DNA of 64,000 nucleotides from Vairimorpha necatrix (Eukaryota): NCBI GenBank assembly GCA_036630325.1, contig CP142732.1, positions 248,001 to 312,000 of the forward strand, read 5' to 3'. Shown piece by piece: positions 51,947 to 62,465 of this stretch (position 1 is its first letter; each line of letters starts with the position of its first letter). The notes under the pieces were generated by a model. It saw only the letters and a program-made list of their open reading frames with translations, ran no database searches and was not told where the DNA came from. The position numbers and the translations under genes were made by a program.

Positions 51947-53075
51947 GGTTAAGTTCTCGACTTACCCCCTCCCCCACCTCTAAAAAAAATCAAAAAAAAT
52001 AAAAAAGGGGAAAAAATAAAAAAACGTTTAAGTTCTCGACTTATCCCCCCTAAAAAAAAAAATTATTCCACAATTGTAAAATCTATTTCAGGGATAATAT
52101 CATATGCTAAAATGCTAAAATTACTTATTTCAAAAAATTCTAACATTTTATCTAATAGTTTTTTACTAATATTAATTTGAATCTATTAGTGTAAATCTTT
52201 CTTACAAGATTCATAATAGTACCATGACTAGTTCCGCCTTTTCTTAGTTCTCTTTTAAGAACCGACCACATTCCCTCTATAGTCTGAGTGTGCGCACCAG
52301 TTATATTATCAACAAAATTTTGGCTGTGATTCACAGTCAAAAGTAGATACTCATATTTTACACAGATTGTTTGAATATCACTATAGCTGCGCCAACAATC
52401 AGTCACAATTGTGGTCCCCTGAGCAATTTTTCTTGTGATTAATTTAACAAGAGAAGCTTTTGTTCTATTTTCTACGATCTCAAAGAAAAAAGAATTCGCA
52501 TCCCCTCTCACAACACCTCAAACTGCCCATACTTGATATTGAAGAACCCTCCCGCATGGTTTTTACTTGTTACAAGTAAAGTTTCATCAATTTCAACAAT
52601 ACAATCGACGCCGCCAATCGTTTGATTGTTTATATATGTTGAATAGGAGACGTACACGGTGTTATTAAAACGCGTAAACCATCTTGATACCGTACATTTA
52701 CCTATATCAAGTTCTAACGTGGCGGCCAAATTACTTGAACCCTTTACCCATTCGCAAAGCAATATTAAAAGATCCTCAATAGGCAATTTTGAGTTCTTAA
52801 AAACGCTTTGTTTCATTATGGTTCCTTCGTTAGAACATTTTTTACCATCACGTCTTAAATAACAACGATAGTTTTCGGTGTTGGTCCGATTTTGAGTCAT
52901 TGGTATATTGCATTTATTGCACATAGGGACCCTCAAAATGATTTTTGCAATTAAAAATTGCATTAACTCATTTTTTTTATAGATGAGTTTTCTGAATTCT
53001 TTAATTCTCATTATGGGTCAAATAATTTATTTTTTTTTTAGGGGTGGGGGGGGGGGGTAAGTCGAGAACTTAACC
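51947..53075 (-). mobile_element. Merlin transposon inside an LTR; frameshifted transposase (52152-53011)
   Basis: TIR GGTTAAGTTCTCGACTTACCCCC; TSD GATTTTTG; VEIDET, TDCW and HTQTIEGMW motifs. Confidence 0.94.
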
Positions 53076-53861
53076 GATTTTTGGAATAGACCAGTCGAAT
53101 GGTCTATTTTCCAAAAATGGGAAATTGATAAAATAATTAATTTGTGGTATTTGCAATACCACACTTTCGTTTGTTAATTTATTCACGATTCGACATGTCA
53201 TGGTTGAAATTTTCGACCGATGATATTATTGACACCTGTTATTGTGATGTAGTCCATAACATCACAAAAACATTGAAGAGGAGATAAATAAAATACAAAA
53301 TTAGTGTACCCCAATTATAATGAAAAATTTATTTTAGAATGTGATGCGTCCGATGTTGGCATTGGCGCAGTATTATATCAAGAAAGTGTAATAATCGGTT
53401 ATTTTAGTAAGAAATTAAATAGCACCGAGAAAATTACTCTATAGTGGAAAGGAGCTTTGTGCGATAATAAAAGCTTTAACGTTCTTTAGAGAAATAGCTC
53501 AAGGATATTTCGTAGAAATTTATACGGATAATAAAAATTGCGTATATGAGAACAAGTTGCATTACGACCAGAAAGGAACGATGGAAGGTCTTACTGAACG
53601 ATTATAATTTTACATTAAATAAAATAAAAGGAATTGTGAAGACCGTTGCTGACTTTTTGTCCAAATTTGCAATGATTAGAATAGAAAAAACACGAAGAAT
53701 ATTGTACAAGAAAGAGCTAAAGAAGTATTTAGAAAATAACTTCGACAAACAAGGAAAAAGAAAAACAAAAGATGGTAAAGAAAAAGAGTTTTTAAAATAC
53801 ATATATGAAGAAAGCGAACATGCAGGAATAGTAATATGTTTTTACAAAAAAATGAATTTAA

Positions 53862-54314
53862 TTAGGGTGTGCTTATTGTAGTTTATATTTATAGTTTAAC
53901 AGGGGTAGGTTCCGCGTTAGCGTCTCCTGCTTGTAGGTAGCTTTGTAGCTCCATAGTCCTTGTCACATCGGCTTCGTCTCCTCTCCTTCGGTAGTCCAGA
54001 GAAATGCTTTTTAGCGTCTTCTTTAGCGTGATCATCTGGATGTACGCATCTACCTATTTAGGGATTCCAAGTCTTGTGGTATATGATTTGGGAATTTAGT
54101 CACTATACCGTCCCAAGTGATTACGTAGGGAATTATTTCTGTTTTTAAACCATATTTAAGCCCAGTTTGTTCTCAAGGACATCATACTTTCTTGACTTAT
54201 CGTTTTCTACCTGCTGTAGATTCTCTTGTGATGTGACACCTATTTCAATTATTTTAATTAATTAATTCTTTTTATCTACTGCGACAATATCAGGTTTATT
54301 ATATTTTGTTTTTT
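53862..54314 (-). mobile_element. 3' fragment of a non-LTR retrotransposon with restriction-like endonuclease (R4/Dong/NeSL-like)
   Basis: Manual translation gives NKPDIVAVDK..IIEIGVT..KSRKYD..IIPYVITWDGIVTK, a PD-(D/E)xK RLE pattern, with stops and frameshifts. Confidence 0.8.
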
Positions 54315-55515
54315 GGTTAAATTGCGATGTTACCCCCCACCCCCACCCCTAAAAAAATAAAAAAAAGGGGAAAAAATAAAAAAAGAGGAAAAAATAAAAA
54401 AAAGGGGAAAAATAAAAAAAAGGGGAAAAAATAAAAAAGGAATAAAATTATGCCCCCAAAATGAACATAAAAAATTTTAGAAAATTAATATATAAAAAAG
54501 AGGAATTATTTTTATTTCTTCTTGAAAAAAATATATTAAAGGTACCAATGTGCAATAAGTGCATGACTCCCATGACCAAAATTAGAAATAATTTGGACAA
54601 ATATCGTTGTTACTTACGACGAAATGGGAGAAAATGCTCAAACGAAGGTAACATTTACAAAGAAAGCATTTTAAAAAGTTCTAGATTAGATATCGAAGAT
54701 CTTTTAATTTTGCTGTGTGAATGGGTTAAAGGTGTAAGCAATGTTTCGGCTACTATCGAATTGGATATAGATAGTAGTACCGTATCTCGCTGGTTTACGC
54801 GTTTTAATAACGCTGTATTCTTATCCTATTTCAACTACATAAAAAACAAAACCATAGGAGGTTTAAACTGCGTAGTTGAAATAGACGAGACATTGCTTGT
54901 TAAAAGTAAAAACCATAACGGTAGAATCCTTCAATACCAAGTTTGAGCCGTTGGTGGAGTTGTATGAGGAGACAGCAATTCTTTTTTTTTTCAAAATTGT
55001 TAAAAATCGATCAAGAGCTACTCTTGTCGATTTAATAAAACGAAAAATCGCACCTGGGTCTACAATTATTACTGATTGTTGGCGGGGTTATGAAGGGGTT
55101 TCGAAACTATGTCCGGATTATAACTATTACATTTAACTGTAAATCATAGCCAAAATTTTGTAAATCCAACAACAGGCGCCCACACCCAAACAATTGAGGG
55201 AATGTGGTCTGTAATTAAAAGGGAATTGCGCAAAGAAGGAACAAGCCATGGTTCTTTAATGAATCTCATTCGAAAACTTTATATAGCTCGTTTTAAGTTA
55301 ATTTATAGAGAATCACTACTTGAAAGAATGTTATGCTTTTTTGAGATTGATAATATATCATTTTTAAATTACGATTTAGCGCCCGAATTTGATTTTGAAT
55401 TGATTGAATAAATTTTGTTTCCCCTTTTTTTTTATTTTTTCCCCTTTTTTTTTTATTTTCCCCTTTTTTTTATTTTTTTAGGGGTGGGGGGGGGGGGTAA
55501 CATCGCAATTTAACC
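54315..55515 (+). mobile_element. Merlin transposon (MNIKNFRK family), disrupted ORF 54461-55411
   Basis: TIR GGTTAAATTGCGATGTTACCCCC with subterminal repeats; flanks TGTTTTTT vs GAAGATAG give no TSD. Confidence 0.94.
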
Positions 55516-58500
55516 GAAGATAGAGATTATCAAGTGATAATCCGACTACAGAAGATATAATACAAAACCAGGTAACGGCAATGCACTGAGAACGATCAAA
55601 AACAGCTGAATTACGTCGAAACGGTTAATGCAATATTTAAAAGAATTAAGTTTATATCGAGGGTCATCAATTTTGGCTATTTTGACACACGATTAAAATA
55701 TAGATTTATAACTGTGATGTTATCCGCATGTTAAGAAAATTTTTTTTTCTTGCAAAAACTTTTCTAGAAAAAATGAATTAACAAGAATTTTATTTTTTAT
55801 AAATGCATATTTTAGAAAAGAAGGGTATTAGCTGCGAGAGGTGAAATTCTAAGCAAAGCTATGACGGGTCAAAACTAAACAAAGACCAATGCAAGCCAGA
55901 GGAGCCGTCGCCTTCAATAAAAATTATTTTAAAATTATTAAAAATGAGCAAAGTACCTAGCGTTAACGTCTGCTAGGTTAGATATGTAGAAATATTACAA
56001 AGGAATATATTTTATTAAAATTTATAGTCGAATCAGATACAGTAATTGTTTTTATAAAGCTAAAAATAATAATCACTCATCTTAATAGGAAGAAAAAAAT
56101 TAAAAGCTTAAGAGCTTGCAATATATCACAGAATTATTAGTGACTAATCTTGATCTAAGGGTTTAATATGGAAAAAACGTAATAATGTCAGCTGTCAGAA
56201 AAAAATAATTTTAGCAAGCATTATAAGTTACACAAGGAAAAAATGATTTTATGCGAGTGAATGATTATGATTTGTCATTAATATCTTTAAACTACTATTT
56301 TCTAACTCAATATACAATTTTTTTTAGTGTGTAATCAATCTTATACTTACTTTTTACATGGTTTTTTTTAATAGTGTAGAAATATATATGACCATAATAT
56401 AACCAACAGATATTCTTTTGTTTGTATTTATTATCATGTATTATTGTAAATATGTTTTTAAAATATTACCTTTGTAAAAACACAGTTTTAAAATAGTATA
56501 AAAATGTTTTTAGAATTTTTTAAACCGTAACAAAAATTGAATAAACATTTAACCATCGAAAAATGCAAAAATGTATTGATCAAACAATGAACTTTTAAAT
56601 TTTTGTTTGAAAATAATTGTATTGTATTTTATTTATGATTTTAATTTTATTTGATTATTGATATGTTGCTTAGAAGTACTTTCTAAATATCATGTTTTTG
56701 TAATGTCAATCTTGTGTTCGGATTTTGTTAATATTAATGCGTGTATGTGTAAAGTAAGAAGAATGTTACCATAAAAACCCCTTATATTCATAATCAATAT
56801 TTGCCTGGTTTATATCTATTAATTTACATTGGCCATCTATCGTAATCTATCGTAATCTTTTGAATTTGTTTGATAATATTCATTATTATCCATTCCTATA
56901 TATCTTTAATCTTATTTCACATATCCACAGAATCTATATTCTTGTTTGTATAATATATCTATAATCTTTTCGTATGTATCTAATATCTTTTTTCTGTATA
57001 TATCTATATCTATTATAATCTTTTTCTGTATATATCTATATCTATAATCTTTTTTTTCTATATATATACAATAAATTATATTTTTTGTGTTTATTTTCTA
57101 TATAACGATTATCTTTTCTCTTTATTATATGACGTATATAACACCATCATCAATTATACTTTTGAATTTATTCCCATACTAATGAAAATATAATTGATGA
57201 AAGTAATATATGTTAGTAACTATATAAAAAAGAACATCGATTTAAAGTAAAAAACACAAAAAATATAATTTATAATATATATATAGTTCAAAACATAAGA
57301 AGTTTTTTAAAGCATCCCCCTTTTCACTTACTGCATACACGCATTATCATTAACAAAATCCGAACACAAGATTGACCTTAAAAAAACATGAAATTTAGAA
57401 AGTACTTCTAAGCAACATATCAATAGTCAAATAAAATTTAAATCGCAAATAAAATACTGTACGAATGTTTTCAAACAATCATTAAAAGTTCATTTTTGCT
57501 TATACATCTTTGCGTTTTCATTTTTCGATGGTTATAAAGTTTTTTTCAATTTTTAAAAGGTTTAAAAAAATTTTAAAAACGATTCTAATACTTATTTTGA
57601 AACTGTGTTTTACGAATATAATAACTTAAAAAGATATTTACAATAACACATGAGAGTAAACACGGCAGAAAAAATATCTAATTGTTTCAATATGGTCATA
57701 TTCACCACCATACTATTAAAAAATAGGCAAAAAACAAATATATTAGAGACACAATTACAAATAATAGAAAAATATGAGTAATAAAACTAAACAAATCCTT
57801 TTTTATATAAATTTCTTCTTTTTCAATACAAAATTTATATCAATAAGTAAATGTTTATATGAATCATGTAGACATGACAGCCTTTAGGCATTTTTAAGCA
57901 AAAAAATGTAAACGAGTAACAATTTTTAAATAGTGCTTCGGACCAATTTGCGCATAAACAAACACCTTTAATGAACAAAATATTCAATCGACTGGAAAGT
58001 ATATAAAGAATAATTCTTTCTTTGATTCTCTTGTTATTGTTTGGTTATATATTTATGTTTGGCATAATATACTTAAAAAATGATATAATATCAAATTGGA
58101 TGAATAATTTTTTTTAAGGGTAAAAAATTATTTATGTAAAGCAAGACATGATAGGTCAGTCACTGCTTTACAGTGCAAAAGAACTAATGAAGATTGCTAA
58201 CATTTATAATTGTGTAAATTTTAAGGACTGCAATTCTACGACATGTCAATTTTCTCATTTTTATTAAAAATTGAATTGTATATAAAATTAATTTTACAAA
58301 CATTTTTCTAAGAAAGAGGGGAACAAAAAAAACCAAATGAAAGAAATGGAAATTAGAAGTCAATACAGATGAGTTTTTTACAAAATTATGTAAAAAACAG
58401 TAGAGTTTTTACTCACCGATAATGTTTCTGGCACCACAGTAAATAAAATAAACAAACATGACGAAATCGAAACTAACATTATGCAGAATAAGTATTTCAA

Positions 58501-58650
58501 AGATCAATATCATACACGAACTAAATATTTTTTGTGTGTAGAACTATGTATACCTCATAGACATAAGTTGTTTTTATATTAAATGTTTAATTGATATCTA
58601 ATTTACCAAAAACTTATCTAATAATCTTTTTAAAATAACAAGAACCTAAA
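55516..58650 (+). rRNA. Putative hyper-divergent SSU rRNA-like sequence (5'-truncated, possibly a pseudogene) with a giant insertion
   Basis: Collinear motifs GGTAACGG (55571), GCGAGAGGTGAAATTCT (55834-55850), ATCAGATAC (56032-56040), TGATTTGTC (56268-56276), AGGTCAGT (58153-58160). The universal 530-loop and 1400-region motifs are not recognisable. Confidence 0.45.
56300..57785. repeat. Large imperfect inverted repeat (~450-bp arms) enclosing a second ~100-bp-arm hairpin and short tandem repeats
   Basis: TATTGATATGTTGCTTAGAAGTACTTTCTAAAT (~56656) has a perfect complement at ~57392; inner arms ~57058-57157 / 57189-57285. Confidence 0.92.
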
Positions 58651-58699
58651 AAATATAGTATTTTGCTAAATTTAATATAAAAAGAAGCTAGTGTCAAGT

Positions 58700-61500
58700 G
58701 TGCATTAATTAGGATATTTTATAGTATATGTATGAGGGTGCTTTTCTTGAAGGAACATGGTATTGCGATAGTCTAGATTTCTGAGGTGTAATTGTATTGA
58801 TTTGTCATTAAAGACTATTTGTTAATTAAGCAAAAAAAATTCAACTATGGCTTTTAAGTGTGTGTTTTCCATTTGTAAATGACTTTATGAGTTGCTCTAA
58901 TAGATGTCTACAAAACAGACAAAGTTAGAAATCTACAAAGATAATTTCATGATAAATCGAAACTGGGAATTGGCACTATTATAAAAAACTTAAACGCAGT
59001 TTACGAAACAAAAATTTGCTGTAAGCAACTTCAAGCATACATTAAAAAAATTCAGATTAACAAACAATTAAAATATTAGACCCTTATAAAAAACCTTTTG
59101 ACTATCTGAACGTTGTTTATGATTAGGGCTGCCATAGAACTTATTTTCTTATTGAAATTTCAATTTTTTTTATATATGCTAAGTATAATATTAGAACGTA
59201 TTTTTTGTATGAACCAAAAGCTAATTTTTTTTAGAAAAATCGTCAATACCTATATTATGATTTAAATTTTATATAGATGTTAAAGTATGCTCGCACTAAT
59301 ATTAAACTGTAACAATTTACTTTATTTATAATTTTATTAAATCATAGCGACGTTAATTAAGGTTGTTTCGCTGTAACATCTAATTAAATATTGCTATTAA
59401 ATTAATAAGGGTTAAACATAAAATAACAATACCTCTCCCTATGCGATACCCTTTCCTATAAATATACTTAACTACTATTTTCCTAAATTCATAGTGTCTG
59501 TTAGTTTATGTTCCTCGTTTTTAAGAACATTATAAGAATCTTTTGTATACACTTCAACATATTAGCCCACATAAAAACGGAGTTTGTTAAATTGTCAATT
59601 TTTTTATATTTACAATTTAAGCTTAAATTTCTCGTTATAATTTAACTATTCTCTATATCAATTCCAAAATATCTAGAATTTTTTTTTGTAAGACTATTTA
59701 CTATCATCCATACATCGGCCTTATATTTCCCCAAATTATCAAAAAGTATTGTACAGCATGATAAATTAAAAAAAAATACTCGCTCCTTCTTGATTGTCCT
59801 ATTGACTCTAGATATTATTTCTAGTGGTTCGGATATTCTTCTAATTCTTTCAGTTGCTTCATATTCCATCCCTTTTTTATTAGCTTAAAACTCATACGTT
59901 TTTTATCCATTTATTACATCTATTTTTCATCTCATAATGCTTATTTTCACTTTTGTTTCGTTGAATTTAATTAAATGAATATTTTCTTCTCAATCAGTTT
60001 TTGAACTCTAGAAATAAAGAAAAACGATACGAAGAAAGATTATAACTTATCTACATAAAGCATTTTTAAATAAATACTCACAATTATAGCTAGTTAATAT
60101 GGCGCGCGAGCGTTTATTCCAGAGGAAACCTGCCTGGTTCAAGCATTGTCCCTTGAGTTTCCTTACGGAAGGCCCTGTCTGAATCATATCTCATTTAGAT
60201 TAATTAACACTCCAAACTGGATTCGAATTTACGACTCGTACGATAACTCGTTAGTATACAACCAGAACATTAATTTTCTAATATATAAAATTTTTCAAAA
60301 AGAAAATATTGGCATAATACCATTTTGGCCAAAATAAATATTCCTATATAAAATTATTCTTTCTCTCAGAAAAACTGTTAAACACGAAAAAAAAACATGC
60401 ATTTTACAAGACAAAGATAATAAAGTTGTTTTAGAAAAGTAAAAAAAAAAAGTAAAAACAAAAGGCCGCTAATTTATTTCTTGTAGATGAAGCACTATAT
60501 TTAAGGTATGAGACATATGAAAACCACCTACCGGTTTTTATAGTAAAAATCTTGAAGCCATCGAAGTCAAATGTTGAGCTTTCACTAGCCTCGTCACAAA
60601 GGCGTTAACAGATTTAAGTCATCATGCAATAAGGTTTTCTCTGAAAATCCCTAGAAACAATATTGTAAAAGTTCTTTCCGAATGCATCGTATTATACAAT
60701 TGCAACTGTAAACACTAATAGCCAAGTCTATATTACGGCTTCTAAACCGATGAAGCTAATATGATCGATTTAATCGCTATTACGCGCTATAAAAAGTTTA
60801 ACGATGAAAATTGTTGGATTTTAACAATAATAATGTGTATTCTAAGTTTGACTAAGCCTTTTCAAAAAATGTAAAACGGGAGGGGAGGTTATAGAAAACC
60901 TACTATTTATTTTATAATATAACTGGTCTCTCCAAGATTCTTTAAAGCAATAATGAGTAAAAATTCTAAAATTCACATATAATTAAACCTTTTGCAGACT
61001 TTTTTATTGATCAAAAACATAGTGTGCCCTATCACTCACAATCAAATTGGTAAATAGAAAGATTTAACCAACATTAATTAGTATTATTTAAGAACATGTT
61101 TTTATAGAAGGGTTGCTTGCCCTTGACAATTCTAGAACCGAAAATTAAAATAAATGGCTTAAACATTCTATAAAGTTCTATACAAATTAAATTTAGACAA
61201 TCATAAAGGAAAAAACAAGTTCATTTATTTTTTTCAAAAAAAATACCAGAATTTAATTTCGTTTTTACGCATGATTAGAACGAGTCTCTGATTTATAGTC
61301 TGCAAAAAAATAGAATTTTGACTTGAGACAGAAAATAAAAGAGATGTGTCAAAATGTTCTTAAAGAACAATTCAAACTGTGTTAGAAACTTAACCTACCT
61401 TGCATATATGGATCGTATTTCTTAAGTCTATATCTCAATATACACTTGAAATAGGTGAAGAGTTCATTTTAACTAAAGACTTGATAATAATATCAAAACC
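58700..61500 (+). rRNA. Putative hyper-divergent 5.8S/LSU rRNA-like sequence
   Basis: Collinear motifs TGAAGGAAC..TGCGATA (58748-58770), AACTTCAAGCATAC (59027), CCAGAGGAAAC (60119), CTGGTTC..GAGTTTCCTTACGGA (60134-60169), CCATTTTGG (60320), GCCATCGAAGTC (60557), GTAAAACGGGAGGGGAG (60871), TGCCCTATC (61025), CTTGAC..TCTAG (61122), GTGTCAAAATGTT (61346). Ends approximate. Confidence 0.5.
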
Positions 61501-62465
61501 AAAAAAAAAAAATTATCTTTGTTTTTTTCTAAAGAAGTTACTATTGCAGAAATTCTCATAAACAACAGAGTGAAACGTAAAACTATAGAAGATACAGAGA
61601 TTTTCACTATATCTAGTCTTAAACCCGTTTAATACAAAACAATCAATTATTAATGTATTCATGTTCTTTCTATTTATTATTTTCGTACGTTCTGAAGAGA
61701 AATCAACCCTCGCTCGCCACAATAACATTAGTTTTAAAGAACGTCTTTTTAAAATTTATACGGGAACAAAAGTAATAATAAAACCAAAAGCCAAAATATA
61801 TAAACACCTTTACAATTTATATTTAAACATCAATCATGTTAATGAGGCAGTAGTTAAAATCTTTTTTGTGTCTAACCTAAGTCTTCTTTCTTGCTTCGTA
61901 CAAACTTTATTTTACAGCATTAGTACCGCAAGTATTAGATTTTCATTAAAAATCTTTGTAAATTAGTAGTTTATATCAAAACAAATTATCTTTTTAAGCA
62001 AAATCAAGAATTTAAAAGGTTTTGAAGTACAAGCAATCAGAGCACATATGATTTCTTATGAAATTTCAAAAGAACTTTCATCTGTTACTAAGAAGTCAAT
62101 TATAATTCTCCATGCGCAAGTTCTCACTTCCATTACCAACTTCTAGACACCATCTACATAGTATCATCCAAAACCTCCTACATTACTAAATTTAAATTAT
62201 ATCTTAAACCCAAATCTCGGTTCTTTTATTTAACCAGTTAGTTTTCTAAAGCTAATTTTACTTACTGCTATTGTTTTCTCATATATCGTCAACTACTATT
62301 TAAAATGTAACTATTATAAGTATTTGATAACTATTCACTATAATTTTTTGCAAATAAAATATAAATAGGCGGTACTTCATTTTCTTGTCCTCTTAAAAAA
62401 AATTTTATTCACAAGAAGTTTATTATTCAATCTAACATATAAAGTTCAATTTTGATTATAAATAT

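Larger units (their letters stand above)
45703..53163 (-). mobile_element. Full-length Ty3/Gypsy element inserted into an LTR; both of its own LTRs are interrupted (3' LTR 45703-48144, 5' LTR 51730-53163)
   Basis: LTRs TGTGGTATT...ACGTCA; TSD CTTTT/CTTTC; same family as the element at 62466. Confidence 0.93.
43803..53266 (-). mobile_element. Non-autonomous LTR element (gag only, no pol); 3' LTR 43803-44119, 5' LTR 45485-45702 + 53164-53266
   Basis: Matching LTRs; TSD AAAAC; ~1.4-kb interior with decayed gag related to 41600-42430 and no RT/IN motifs seen. Confidence 0.88.
29885..53860 (+). mobile_element. Old Gypsy element acting as nest host (own sequence ~29885-30117, 41392-43802, 53267-53860); 5' LTR ends at 41596
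   Basis: Decayed gag, LDTGA protease, YIDD RT, ECDASD RNase H; the pieces rejoin across TSDs CGTAA and AAAAC. The left boundary 29885 is tentative (TGTCAA...TTGACA hairpin). Confidence 0.65.

Noticed and set aside
56955-57065. Tandem ~30-bp repeats as a CRISPR-like array
   Set aside because: There are no unique spacers or cas genes; these are simple degenerate repeats in a eukaryotic context.
58014-58030. TCTTTCTTTGATTCT as an SSU rRNA landmark
   Set aside because: It is out of order relative to the TGATTTGTC motif at 56268 and is low complexity, so it was not counted.
59642-61966. Short ORFs (59642-59869, 60146-60337, 61513-61728, 61661-61966) as host genes
   Set aside because: They are short, have no recognisable motifs, and several overlap the rRNA-like motif chain.
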